From: an uncultured Clostridia bacterium
Lineage (GTDB): Bacteria > Bacillota > Clostridia > TANB77 > CAG-508
DNA: 64,000 nt
Direction: 5' to 3'
Assembly (NCBI GenBank): GCA_947629555.1
Contig: CANRED010000003.1
Location: 8,564 to 72,563, forward strand
Shown here: piece by piece, positions 1-11,127 of the stretch
Layout: each line of letters begins with the position of its first letter
Position numbering within the stretch: position 1 is the first letter of the stretch
Notes under the pieces: model-generated
Seen by the model: only the letters and a program-made list of their open reading frames with translations
What the model was told of the DNA's origin: nothing
Database searches by the model: none
Made by a program: the position numbers and the translations under genes

Positions 1-348
1 AAACAAGCAAAATGGGTAAAAGAAGAAAGAGTAAGAATATTAGAAGAAGCTCAAAAAGAAGCTGATGATATTGTTAAAGAAGCAGAAAATAGAATAATAG
101 CAATGATAGATGAGCATGAAATAACAAGAAAAGCTTATGAACAAAAAGCCCAAATAATAGAAACAGCTAATGAGATGGCAAGAGAAATAAATAGAGGAAC
201 AAAAGAATATGCGGATGATATATTAGAAACAGTTGAAGAAAGAATAAGAGAAGTACAAGAAACATTAGCTAAAGCTGTTTCAGAAACAGATATAATATTA
301 GAAGAAACACAAAAAAAGATAAAAAAAGATAGAAATGAGTTAAAATAA
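1..348 (+). CDS. Coiled-coil protein, 5'-truncated (DivIVA/ATPase-subunit-like family)
   Basis: Frame open from base 1 (KQAKWVKEERVRILEEAQKEADDIV...) to TAA 346-348. Confidence 0.7.
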   Translation, partial: KQAKWVKEERVRILEEAQKEADDIVKEAENRIIAMIDEHEITRKAYEQKAQIIETANEMAREINRGTKEYADDILETVEERIREVQETLAKAVSETDIILEETQKKIKKDRNELK

Positions 349-438
349 CTATCTGGAAGTCAGGAATTTGGAAGTCAAAAAAATCAAATATGATTTCCAA
401 ATTCCTATTTTTTTGAATTAACAAATATATTGCAAACT

Positions 439-465
439 GTAGGGGTCGATGCCCACATCAACCCG
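439..465 (+). repeat. GTAG-type REP-like palindrome
   Basis: GTAG-GGGTCGATG-ccca-CATCAACCC-G; 5' flank AATATATTGCAAACT shared with the copy at 61200. Confidence 0.75.
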
Positions 466-493
466 TATATGAATCTCTAAAAAATACCCACAA

Positions 494-2851
494 ATGAAAG
501 GAATGATACATAAGATGTCAAGAAAAAGAAGCAAAAAGAAAAATAAAGTAGCTAGTATAGATATAGAAGTTATTGTTCTTATAATTTCAAGTATAATTTC
601 AGCAATATTAATATATGGAAATCAAGGAAATATAGGTCAAACTTTAAATAATGTTTTAGGAGGAATTATAGGATGGATAAAATATCTTGTTCCAATAGCA
701 TTATTTTTAATGGCTATTTATCTTGTATGCGAAGATAAAGAGTATATGACAAAAAAATTCTTTCAAACTATATTAATATTAACATGCATTGCTGTTATTA
801 TGACGATAATTCAAATTCCAAATGAAAGTCTAAAAAATGGAGAATACTGGAACGTAGTGGCAAATGGATATACATTAGGAACACAAAATAAAGGTGGCGG
901 AGCTTATGGAACAATGATAGCCGCTCCATTAGTAAGATTAATAGGAATACCATGTACAATAATATTAATTATAGGAATAGGTTTAACAATGGCTGTTTTC
1001 ATTTTAGGATTAAAACCATCAGAAATATTAGCAGATGCAGTAGAAAAAACTAAAGAAAATAGACAAAAAGATAAAGAGATTAAAGATGCTGAAAATCAAG
1101 CAAAAAAAGAAAGAAAATTATTGAAAACCCATTTACCACCAGAAGATATATTAGATAATCAAATAACAATAAATATGAATGATTTTAAAGAAAAAAGGAA
1201 AAAATACGAGCATGGTCCAGATGATATAAATACAATTGGTGTTGAAAGCAAAAAACAAAATATTGAAGAAAATTTCTTTAAACAAGAGCAAGAAGTAAAA
1301 GAAGATAAAACAAAGGAAGTATTAGTTTTAGAGCATACTTTAACAGTAGAAGATGAAAATTATGAGTTTCCACCATTAGATTTAATGCAAGAAGGAGAAA
1401 TAAAAAATACTACTGAAAAAAAATCTTTAACAGATACAGCAGCAAAATTAAACAAAACACTATATAGTTTTGGTGTATCTGCAAAAGTAGAAAAAGTATC
1501 AGTTGGTCCTGCAATAACTAGATATGAGTTAAAACCAGCAGAAGGGGTAAGAGTTAGTAAAATTGCAAACTTAGCAGATGATATTGCTTTAAATTTAGCA
1601 GCTGAAAGCATAAGAATAGAAGCACCTATACCTGGAAAACAAGCTGTTGGAATAGAAATACCAAATAAAGAAAAACAAGTTGTACATTTAAGAGATATAA
1701 TAGATACAGAAAAATTTGCAGATGAAAAGTCTAAATTAGCATTTGCATTAGGAAAAGATGTAAGTGGTGAAGAAATAGTAACAGATATTGCAAAAATGCC
1801 ACACGTGTTAATTGCTGGTTCTACAGGATCTGGAAAGAGTGTATGTATAAACACATTAATAACAAGTATCATATATAAGGCTAAACCAAGTGAAGTAAAA
1901 CTTGTTATGGTAGATCCAAAAGTAGTTGAATTATCTGTATATAATGGTATACCACATTTGTTAATACCAGTGGTAACAGACCCTAAAAAAGCAGCAGGAG
2001 CACTAGCATGGGCAGTACAAGAAATGGTAAATAGATATAAATTGTTTGCAGATAAAAGTGTTAGAGATATAAAAGGATATAACGAAGCATTAGAAAAAGA
2101 AGGTGGTGGAGAAAAACTACCACAAATAGTAATAATAATAGATGAGTTAGCAGATTTAATGATGGTTGCAGCAAAAGATGTTGAAGATGCAATTTGTAGA
2201 CTTGCACAAATGGCAAGGGCTGCAGGAATGCATCTAGTAATAGCAACGCAAAGACCATCAGTAGATGTAATAACAGGTATAATAAAAGCAAATATCCCAT
2301 CAAGAATAGCTTTTGCTGTATCATCACAAGTAGATTCGAGAACTATATTAGATTCAGTTGGAGCAGAAAAATTATTAGGAAAAGGAGATATGTTATTCTA
2401 TCCAATAGGAGCATCAAAACCTACTAGAATTCAAGGAGCTTTTATTTCAGATAAAGAAGTAGAAAAAATAGTAGAGTTTCTAAAGTCAAACGGAGAAGCA
2501 ATATATAGTGATGATATATTAGAAAAAATAGAAAAGGCAAATAGCACAGATAAGGAATTAGACGAAGCAGATGAAGATGATGAAACAGATCCATTTTTAA
2601 TGGATGCAATAGATTTAGTTGTAGAAACAAAACAAGCATCTACATCATTTATACAAAGAAGATTTAAAGTTGGATATGCAAGAGCAGGAAGAATAATGGA
2701 TCAAATGGAACAAAGAGGAATAATATCAGGATATCAAGGAAGTAAACCAAGAGAAGTTTTGGTAACAAAAGAGCAATTAGCTGAGTTAAAAATGGCAAAA
2801 CCGATAGAACCTTCAGTGGAACAAACGACCGAGACAGATACTAATGCATAA
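494..2851 (+). CDS. ftsK: DNA translocase FtsK/SpoIIIE
   Basis: N-terminal TM helices, Walker A GSTGSGKS, ATQRPS, gamma domain IQRRFKVGYARAGRIMDQME. Confidence 0.95.
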   Translation: MKGMIHKMSRKRSKKKNKVASIDIEVIVLIISSIISAILIYGNQGNIGQTLNNVLGGIIGWIKYLVPIALFLMAIYLVCEDKEYMTKKFFQTILILTCIAVIMTIIQIPNESLKNGEYWNVVANGYTLGTQNKGGGAYGTMIAAPLVRLIGIPCTIILIIGIGLTMAVFILGLKPSEILADAVEKTKENRQKDKEIKDAENQAKKERKLLKTHLPPEDILDNQITINMNDFKEKRKKYEHGPDDINTIGVESKKQNIEENFFKQEQEVKEDKTKEVLVLEHTLTVEDENYEFPPLDLMQEGEIKNTTEKKSLTDTAAKLNKTLYSFGVSAKVEKVSVGPAITRYELKPAEGVRVSKIANLADDIALNLAAESIRIEAPIPGKQAVGIEIPNKEKQVVHLRDIIDTEKFADEKSKLAFALGKDVSGEEIVTDIAKMPHVLIAGSTGSGKSVCINTLITSIIYKAKPSEVKLVMVDPKVVELSVYNGIPHLLIPVVTDPKKAAGALAWAVQEMVNRYKLFADKSVRDIKGYNEALEKEGGGEKLPQIVIIIDELADLMMVAAKDVEDAICRLAQMARAAGMHLVIATQRPSVDVITGIIKANIPSRIAFAVSSQVDSRTILDSVGAEKLLGKGDMLFYPIGASKPTRIQGAFISDKEVEKIVEFLKSNGEAIYSDDILEKIEKANSTDKELDEADEDDETDPFLMDAIDLVVETKQASTSFIQRRFKVGYARAGRIMDQMEQRGIISGYQGSKPREVLVTKEQLAELKMAKPIEPSVEQTTETDTNA

Positions 2852-2881
2852 ATTAATAATTACATAGGAAAGGAACAAAAG

Positions 2882-4405
2882 ATGGCAAGAAAGGAAGAAT
2901 TGTTTGGAAAACTAAATATAAAAGATTATAATAATCAACTTGAAGAAGTACTAGAAACAAAAAATTTTTCAAGCGATATTAAGAATTTTTTGCTTTCTAT
3001 GTTATATAAAATAGAAGTAGCGTATGAAGATTACAGTACAGTAAAGCATTTGAGTAAAACAAAAAGAGAATTTATTGAAGAAATAATAGATACAATAAAA
3101 TATAATTGCGACAAAATAAAATTAATAAAACCATTAGATAAAGAATACAGTAAATTTATAAATAAAAAAGAAAAATGTATTGTAAGTAAAGAGAAAAAAG
3201 AAATTATAACTTTATATAATGAACAATATTTATTATATGCTATATTTAAATTAAGTAATGTAGAATATAAATTTGAAAACGATATAGTTAAAGAACCATT
3301 AGAAGAAATGCTAAGTAATGGGAAAAATATAAATGCTGAAGAAGTAATAAGAGATTTTGATGGATGGGCATGGCATATAGAAACAAAATTAATTGAAGAT
3401 ATTGAATGTAACTTGGTATTTCAAAATATATTAATGCTAATAGGAGATAATTTAAAAACAGAACATGATATAAAAGAAAGATTATTTAGATTATATAAAA
3501 AGCAAAAAGCTGAAGATATATATATATTAATATGTAAAATAGCTTTAAGCATGTATTTAAAAAATCATAAGGGACAAAGAAAAATTTACAAAGAAAAGCA
3601 ATTAAATAATCGAGAAAAATTAAACGAAATGCAAGATAAAGTTAAATATTTAAAAGATATTACATCACAAAGAAAAAAAATAGAGCTAAGAATAAAAAAT
3701 ATAGATAAATGCTTAACTGATGTTAATTTCTTAAAGAAGGAATATATAAAAACTAATAGTAAGCTAGAAGAAAGTAAAAAAATATTTAGCGTAAGTGATT
3801 TTACAGATATTATTCAAAATGAAAAAGTACAGCTTATATGTGAATTACAAAAGTATAATAGAAAAATGTTACCAGAAACTTATATAAAAGAAAAACAAGA
3901 ATTAGAAGAAAACTTAGAGATACTAAAAATAATAGATGATAAAAATGATGATATATATACTCACATATTAGAATTACAAAAGAATTTCATAGAAGGAATT
4001 CAAATAAAAATAAATAATGTTCAAACGCGTAGTGACGTAATGGCAATAATATATACGCTTAGATATTATTTGCTTTTACCTTACAAAGATAAACAAATAA
4101 AAGATTTAGAAGAAATAAAAGAAAATATATATAAAATTGAAGAAATGATATATAATATAGCATGTAAAATGAATGTATTAAATCAAATTAGTATCAACTC
4201 TAAAGTTAATACAGAAGTTATAAGAACAATTTTAGATGTTAATGTTGTAGAATTAGAAAATATAGAATTATTATTTAAACCAGAAAATTATCAAATAACA
4301 CTAAAAATATATGATGAAGAAAATATAGAAAAAACAATACAGTATGATACAATAGAAGGATTAACAGTAAAAAGAAACAAAAAATTCAGACTCTTTATAA
4401 AATAG
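2882..4405 (+). CDS. Hypothetical coiled-coil protein
   Basis: 507-aa ORF with RBS and host-like codon usage; no motif recognised. Confidence 0.75.
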   Translation: MARKEELFGKLNIKDYNNQLEEVLETKNFSSDIKNFLLSMLYKIEVAYEDYSTVKHLSKTKREFIEEIIDTIKYNCDKIKLIKPLDKEYSKFINKKEKCIVSKEKKEIITLYNEQYLLYAIFKLSNVEYKFENDIVKEPLEEMLSNGKNINAEEVIRDFDGWAWHIETKLIEDIECNLVFQNILMLIGDNLKTEHDIKERLFRLYKKQKAEDIYILICKIALSMYLKNHKGQRKIYKEKQLNNREKLNEMQDKVKYLKDITSQRKKIELRIKNIDKCLTDVNFLKKEYIKTNSKLEESKKIFSVSDFTDIIQNEKVQLICELQKYNRKMLPETYIKEKQELEENLEILKIIDDKNDDIYTHILELQKNFIEGIQIKINNVQTRSDVMAIIYTLRYYLLLPYKDKQIKDLEEIKENIYKIEEMIYNIACKMNVLNQISINSKVNTEVIRTILDVNVVELENIELLFKPENYQITLKIYDEENIEKTIQYDTIEGLTVKRNKKFRLFIK

Positions 4406-4414
4406 GAGGTAAAT

Positions 4415-6065
4415 ATGAATATAACTTTTTTAGGAGCAACAAAAACGGTAACAGGTTCAAATTTCTTAGTAGAAGGAGCAGGAAAAAAATTTTTAGTAGA
4501 CTGCCGGATTATATCAAGGACAAGCAAAAGAAGAAATACAAAATGAAAGTGATTTTGCATTTAATATAGATGAAATTGATTTTGTATTATTAACACATGC
4601 ACATATAGATCATTCAGGTAGAATTCCTAAATTATATAAAGAAGGTTATAGGAATAAAATAATTGCAACAAAAGCTACTTGCGATTTGTGTTCTATTATG
4701 CTACCAGATAGCGGACATATACAAGAAGTGGAAATAGAGTGGAGAAATAGAAAAAGACTAAGAGAAGGAAAAGAAGCATTACCTCCATTATATACGGCAG
4801 AAGATGCCGAAAAGTGTATGGAGCTATTTGTTCCAGTAAAATATGATCAAATAATAGATATAGACGAAAACATAAAATTAAGATATAACGATGCGGGACA
4901 CATGTTGGGGTCTGCAATAATAGAAATATGGATAACAGAAAATGGAATTACAAAAAAAATTGTTTTTACAGGTGATTTAGGTAATAATGATATACCACTT
5001 TTAGATTCACCAACAATGATAGATAATGCAGATTACTTAGTAATGGAATCAACCTATGGAGGAAGATTACATATAAGAAATGATGATAAAGCAACTTTAT
5101 TTTTAAAAATAGTAACAGAAACTTTAGACAAAGGTGGAACTGTAGTAATACCATCATTTGCAGTAGGTAGAACTCAAGAAATACTATTTGAACTAGATAA
5201 ACTTAAAGATACAGAAGGACAAACAGAAGAATTTTATAAGCAATATGAAAAACTGATGAAAGCACCTGTATATGTTGATAGTCCACTTGCAATATCAGCA
5301 ACAGAAATATTTAGAGAAAATATGGATTTATTTGAAGAAGAAGTAAAACAAAGAATTCAAAAAGGAAACAATCCATTGGAGTTTCCTGGTTTAAAATTTA
5401 CAAAGACAACAGAAGAATCAAAAGCATTAAATGAAAGTAATGAGTCTTCAATAATAATATCAGCAAGCGGAATGTGTGAAGTAGGAAGAATAAAACATCA
5501 TTTAAAACATAATTTGTGGAATCCAAATAGTACAATATTATTTGTTGGATATCAAGCGCCAGGAACTCTTGGAAGAAGCATTGTAGAAGGTGCAAAAAAA
5601 GTAAAAATATTTGGAGAAGAAATTGCAGTAAATGCTAGAATCGAATACATAGAAGGTTATTCTGGACACGCAGATCAAGAATGGTTAATGAATTTTATTT
5701 ATTCATTTATAACAAAACCAAAACATATCTTTTTAGTCCATGGAGAGCCAGAAGGCCAGATTATATTAAAAGAAAAAATATTACAAGAAACTAATATTCC
5801 AGTAACAATTCCAGATTTAGGAGAAACTTACGAATTAACAGAAAATGATGTAAAAATAATTTCAAAAGTTGATGTAAGAGATAAATATAAATATGTAAGA
5901 TTAGAAATAATTGAAAGATTAGAAGCTCTAAAAGAAGGAATAGAAGGAATGGAATCTGTAATAAAAGAAGAAAAATTAACAGAGGATGTACAAGATGAAG
6001 AAATTGCAAAATTAAACGATAAAATAAAGCAATTAGAGCAACAAATATCTAACATAATGAATTAA
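4415..6065 (+). CDS. Metallo-beta-lactamase/beta-CASP ribonuclease-family protein with +1 frameshift at CGG 4505
   Basis: AGGAGG RBS; MNITFLGATKTVTGSNFLV...LVDC, then +1 frame GLYQG...THAHIDH, AGHMLGS, MESTYG, SGHAD; 549 aa once joined. Confidence 0.9.
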
Positions 6066-6107
6066 TAGACAAATGATTAAACAATATTAACAAAGGAGAA
6101 ATAGAAA

Positions 6108-7985
6108 ATGGACAAATATTTTAATGATGCTGTAATAGGAAATGGAACAATAACTGCAAGTTATACAAAAACAGGAGAATTATTAAGACTATATTATCCA
6201 ACAATAGATTATAAACAATTTATAGATTTCTTTAATGTTGGAATAAAAGTAAATGATTCTAACATTATATACACACATAAAGATGTAAATAATTTATATA
6301 ATCAATATTATATAGAAAATACAAATATATTAAAAACAGAAATATTTAATACATATTTTAGATTAAAATTAATACAAACAGATTTCTGCCCAATCAAAGA
6401 GAATGTATTGGTAAAAAGATATAAATTTAAAAATGAGAATACAATCGATTTAGAATTGAATTTTCTTGTACATTCTAAAATGTTAACAGATAATAATAAT
6501 CAAGTAAGTGGATATAAAAAAGATAATTTGCTATTACAATATATGCATGATTATACTGTTGCAATTTTTTCAGAAAATAATATAACTTCAGCTCAAATAA
6601 ATAATACAGAAGCAAACATACAAGAAGGTTCAATATGGGGCAAGGATTATATTGGAATGTCAAATGATTCTAGTATTAGCTATAATTTAGGAATACTAAA
6701 ACCAGGAGAGGAAAAAGAAATTAATATATTTGTTTATGTAGAAGATGCAAAAAATAAATCACAATTATCAACAAATACTTCAAGAATAAAAAAATTAGAC
6801 TTAAATAAAGAGGAAGAAGCAACAAGAAAATATTGGAAAAAATATGTAAAAGAGCATGATGGATTAAACTTGAATTTGCCAATAACAGAGAAAAACATTA
6901 GAATACAAAATATATACACTAGAACTATTTTATTGTATGCTTTATTAACAAATTCACAAACGGGTGGAATATCTGCAGCGATAGAAATAGATGAAAATAG
7001 AACTAAATGTGGAAGATATTCATATTGTTGGCCAAGAGATGCAATATTTATAACAGAGGCAATGGATTTATTAAACATGAAAAAAGAAACAGAAAAATTT
7101 TATAAAAATTTCTGCAAAAATACACAAAGCAAATCAGGTAGATGGGAGCAACGTTTCTATACAGATGGCACATTAGCACCATGTTGGGGATATCAAATTG
7201 ATGAAACGGCTGCTGTTGTATATGGAGTATATAATCATTATTTAAAAGCAAAAGAAGTAAAATTTTTAAAAGATAATTTAAAAATGTGTGAAAAAGCAGT
7301 ACATTACCTAGAAAAATATGTAACTAATGTGCTAGAAGGAAAAGACGAACAATATTTAAGTTATGATTTATGGGAAGAAAATGAGGGAATACATACATAC
7401 TCACTAGCTACAATATTTGCAGCATTTGAATCATTTATAAAAATATACGAAGTTATAAAACCAGAATATAAGGAAAATAGAATAAAATTAGAACAAATAG
7501 AAAAAAGAACAGTAGAAGTAGAAAAATTATTAAGAGAGTTAAAAGGATATATATTAAAAAATTTATATGATAATGATAAAAAAACTTTAATAAGAAATAA
7601 GGACGGAAAAATAGATATAAGCTTATTAGGAACAGTAACACCATTTAAAGTATTTGAACCAAAGGAAAAGAAAGTATTAAATACAGTTGAAAGAATAAAT
7701 ATGACACTAAGAACATATACAGGTGGATATTTAAGATATGAAAATGATAACTATATGGGAGGAAATCCTTGGACAATAGCTAATCTATGGCTAGCAAACT
7801 ATTACATAGAAGCGGGAGATAAGAAAAAAGCAAAAGAATGCTTTAATTATGTGGTAAATACAGCAACAGAACATGGATTTATAGCAGAACAAATAAACAA
7901 TCAACAAATGGCACCAGCATGGGTAATAGGATTAGGTTGGGCACATGCACTATTTGTAATAGTTTTGAGCAAATTGTATTTATAA
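6108..7985 (+). CDS. Glycoside hydrolase family 15 (glucoamylase-like)
   Basis: YSYCWPRDA, QIDE, DLWEE, GGYLRYENDNY, LGWAHA motifs. Confidence 0.88.
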   Translation: MDKYFNDAVIGNGTITASYTKTGELLRLYYPTIDYKQFIDFFNVGIKVNDSNIIYTHKDVNNLYNQYYIENTNILKTEIFNTYFRLKLIQTDFCPIKENVLVKRYKFKNENTIDLELNFLVHSKMLTDNNNQVSGYKKDNLLLQYMHDYTVAIFSENNITSAQINNTEANIQEGSIWGKDYIGMSNDSSISYNLGILKPGEEKEINIFVYVEDAKNKSQLSTNTSRIKKLDLNKEEEATRKYWKKYVKEHDGLNLNLPITEKNIRIQNIYTRTILLYALLTNSQTGGISAAIEIDENRTKCGRYSYCWPRDAIFITEAMDLLNMKKETEKFYKNFCKNTQSKSGRWEQRFYTDGTLAPCWGYQIDETAAVVYGVYNHYLKAKEVKFLKDNLKMCEKAVHYLEKYVTNVLEGKDEQYLSYDLWEENEGIHTYSLATIFAAFESFIKIYEVIKPEYKENRIKLEQIEKRTVEVEKLLRELKGYILKNLYDNDKKTLIRNKDGKIDISLLGTVTPFKVFEPKEKKVLNTVERINMTLRTYTGGYLRYENDNYMGGNPWTIANLWLANYYIEAGDKKKAKECFNYVVNTATEHGFIAEQINNQQMAPAWVIGLGWAHALFVIVLSKLYL

Positions 7986-8042
7986 TTTAAATTGGTATTG
8001 TAATTTTTAAAATTTTATGATATCATATTGTGCATAGTTAAA

Positions 8043-8286
8043 AACTGAGAAAAAGAGGAGTATGTTTATTGCAACTTGTTAGAGAAAAGAAGTCATAGGC
8101 TGTAAGCTTCTTAAGTGAAGAATAAACAGAAGGTAGCTTTGGAGTTGATATAGCAAAATAATAGTAGTTATATCCGTTTAAGTAACGTTATATACTTAAA
8201 TTAAGATGTTATAAATAAAAATTTATAATAAATTAAGGTGGTACCGTGGATTAAACTCTGCCCTTATACTAGGACAGAGTTTTTTC
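8043..8286 (+). promoter_or_regulatory. T-box riboswitch (Val) upstream of valS
   Basis: AGAGA/GGCTG stem I motifs, GTA specifier about 8133, T-box AATTAAGGTGGTACCGTGG at 8231, terminator hairpin plus U-tract. Confidence 0.9.
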
Positions 8287-8290
8287 ATTT

Positions 8291-8317
8291 GTAGGGAACA
8301 ACGTGGGCGTCGTTCCA
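8291..8317 (+). repeat. GTAG-type REP-like palindrome
   Basis: GTAG-GGAACAACG-tggg-CGTCGTTCC. Confidence 0.7.
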
Positions 8318-8433
8318 CACTTCAAAGATATACCAAGATAGTAGTTGCATACAATGCAACCCGTTTCCAAGACGACTATAATTAAAAACGCTGAAGAGAA
8401 TAAAACTCTTCAAATTTTGAAGGAGGAAAAAAC

Positions 8434-11088
8434 ATGTGTGAAAATTGTAATCACAAATTAAACGACAAATTTAATCCAAAAGATTTCGAAGATGAAATCT
8501 ACAAAAATTGGATAAACAAAAATTATTTTAAACCAAGTGGAGATAAAACAAAGGAAGCTTATTCTATAGTAATGCCTCCTCCAAATATAACAGGAAAATT
8601 ACACATGGGGCATGCTCTTGATAATACATTGCAAGATATATTAATAAGATATAAAAGAATGAATGGATATAATACTTTATGGGTTCCAGGAACAGATCAT
8701 GCGGCTATTGCAACAGAAGCAAAAATAGTTGAAAAATTAAAAAAAGAAGGTATATCTAAAGAAGATTTAGGTAGAGATGGATTCCTAGAAAAAGCATGGG
8801 AATGGAAAAAAGAATATGGAAATACTATAACAGAGCAGTTAAAAAAATTAGGTGCATCATGTGATTGGGAGCATGAAAGATTTACAATGGATGAAGGTTT
8901 ATCTAATGCTGTAAAACATGTATTTATAAAATTATATGAAAAAGGTTTAATATACAAAGGTAAAAGAATGATAAACTGGTGTCCATGCTGTAATACATCA
9001 ATTTCAGATGCAGAGGTTGAATATGAAGAAGAACCAACTCATCTTTGGCATATTCGTTATAAAATAACAGGTACAGATAAATACATAACAGTAGCAACAA
9101 CAAGACCAGAAACAATGCTTGGAGATACAGCAGTTGCAGTACATCCAGAAGATGAAAGATATAAAGATATAGTTGGAAAAACATGTATACTTCCAATAAT
9201 GAATAAAGAAATTCCAATTATTGCAGATGAATTTGTTGAAAAAGAATTTGGAACAGGTTGTGTAAAAATCACACCAGCACACGATCCAAACGATTATCAA
9301 GCAGGAATTAGACACAACTTAGAAATAATTGAAGTATTTGATGAAAATTGGAAAATGACAGATTTAGTACCAGAATATAAAGGCTTAGATATGTATGAGG
9401 CAAGAAAATTAATAGTACAAAAACTAGAAGAAATAGGTGCTTTAGTAAAAACAGAAGATTACAACCATAATGTTGGAAAATGTTATAGATGTCATAATAC
9501 AGTAGAGCCAAAAATATCAGAGCAATGGTTTGTAAAAATGAAACCATTAGCAGAACCTGCAATAGAAGCAGTTAGAAGTGGAAAAATAAAATTTGTACCA
9601 GAAAGATTTGATAAAATTTATTATAACTGGATGGAGAATATCCAAGATTGGTGCATATCTCGTCAATTATGGTGGGGACATAGAATACCTGCATATTATT
9701 GCAAAGATTGCGGAGAAATAATTGTAGCAGAGGATAAGCCTGATAAATGTACAAAATGTGGAAGTGAAAATGTTTATCAAGATGAAGATACATTAGATAC
9801 ATGGTTTAGTTCAGCTTTATGGCCATTTTCAACCTTGGGTTGGCCAAATAAAACAGAAGATTTAAAAACATTTTATCCTACAAATGTACTTGTAACAGGA
9901 TATGATATAATATTCTTCTGGGTAGCTAGAATGATTTTTTCAGGTATAGAACACATGGGAGATATTCCTTTTGATACAGTATTTATACATGGAATAGTAA
10001 GAGATAGCCAAGGAAGAAAGATGTCTAAAAGTTTAGGAAATGGAATTGATCCGCTAGAAATTATAGATAAGTATGGAACAGATGCATTAAGATTTTCTTT
10101 AATACTTGGAACATCACCTGGAAATGATATAAGATATATGCCAGAAAAACTAGAATCTGCAGGAAATTTTGCAAACAAAGTATGGAATGCAGCAAAATTT
10201 GTTTTAATGAATTTAGAAGATTATGATATGGAAAGCGTAAGTACAAATTATACTTATGAAGATAAATGGATTTTATCTAAGCTAAATACATTATGCAAAG
10301 AAGTAAAAACAAACATAGATAATTATGATTTAGGTATAGCGTTAGAAAAAATATATAATTTTATATGGGACGAATTCTGTGATTGGTATATTGAAATTGT
10401 AAAACCTAGACTTTATGATAAGGAAAATACTACAAGAAAGACAGCACAATATGTATTAAATAAAGTATTAGGTGACTCTTTAAAATTATTACATCCATTT
10501 ATGCCATTTGTAACAGAGCAAATTTATAGTAAATTATATAATAAAGACGAAAGTATAATGATTGCTGAGTATCCTACTTATAGCAAAGATTTAGAATTTA
10601 AAGATGCAGAGCAGGATATTGAACAAATTAAAGAAGTTATAGTTGGAATAAGAAATGCACGTACACAAATGAATGTACATCCATCTAAAAAATCAAAATT
10701 AATATTTGTAACAAATGAGTATAAAAATCTTTTAGAGCAATCAGATGCATTTATAAAAAAATTAGGATTTGCAGATGATATTCAGATAGTAGAAACAAAG
10801 AACAATATTCCTCAAAACGCAATAAACATAGTAACATCAAAAATGGAGGTGTTTATACCTTTTGAAGATTTAGTTGATGTAAAGGAAGAAATAGAAAGAT
10901 TAGAAAAGGAAAAATCAAAAATATTAGTAGAAAAAGAAAAAACAGATAAAATGCTATCAAATCCAGGATTTGTTGCAAAAGCGCCAGCAGCAAAAGTAGA
11001 AGAAGAAAAACAAAAATTAGCTAAATTTAATGAAATGATAGCATCAATAGATGATAGAATAAAATCAATAGAAAATATGAAACAATAA
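8434..11088 (+). CDS. valS: Valine--tRNA ligase
   Basis: PPPNITGKLHMGH, KMSKS, DWCISRQLWWGH; Val T-box upstream. Confidence 0.98.
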   Translation: MCENCNHKLNDKFNPKDFEDEIYKNWINKNYFKPSGDKTKEAYSIVMPPPNITGKLHMGHALDNTLQDILIRYKRMNGYNTLWVPGTDHAAIATEAKIVEKLKKEGISKEDLGRDGFLEKAWEWKKEYGNTITEQLKKLGASCDWEHERFTMDEGLSNAVKHVFIKLYEKGLIYKGKRMINWCPCCNTSISDAEVEYEEEPTHLWHIRYKITGTDKYITVATTRPETMLGDTAVAVHPEDERYKDIVGKTCILPIMNKEIPIIADEFVEKEFGTGCVKITPAHDPNDYQAGIRHNLEIIEVFDENWKMTDLVPEYKGLDMYEARKLIVQKLEEIGALVKTEDYNHNVGKCYRCHNTVEPKISEQWFVKMKPLAEPAIEAVRSGKIKFVPERFDKIYYNWMENIQDWCISRQLWWGHRIPAYYCKDCGEIIVAEDKPDKCTKCGSENVYQDEDTLDTWFSSALWPFSTLGWPNKTEDLKTFYPTNVLVTGYDIIFFWVARMIFSGIEHMGDIPFDTVFIHGIVRDSQGRKMSKSLGNGIDPLEIIDKYGTDALRFSLILGTSPGNDIRYMPEKLESAGNFANKVWNAAKFVLMNLEDYDMESVSTNYTYEDKWILSKLNTLCKEVKTNIDNYDLGIALEKIYNFIWDEFCDWYIEIVKPRLYDKENTTRKTAQYVLNKVLGDSLKLLHPFMPFVTEQIYSKLYNKDESIMIAEYPTYSKDLEFKDAEQDIEQIKEVIVGIRNARTQMNVHPSKKSKLIFVTNEYKNLLEQSDAFIKKLGFADDIQIVETKNNIPQNAINIVTSKMEVFIPFEDLVDVKEEIERLEKEKSKILVEKEKTDKMLSNPGFVAKAPAAKVEEEKQKLAKFNEMIASIDDRIKSIENMKQ

Positions 11089-11127
11089 AAATAAAACGAA
11101 ATGACATTAGTCATTTCGTTTTATTTT
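11088..11127. terminator. Bidirectional intrinsic terminator between valS and asd
   Basis: AAAATAAAACGAAATGAC-atta-GTCATTTCGTTTTATTTT. Confidence 0.85.
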
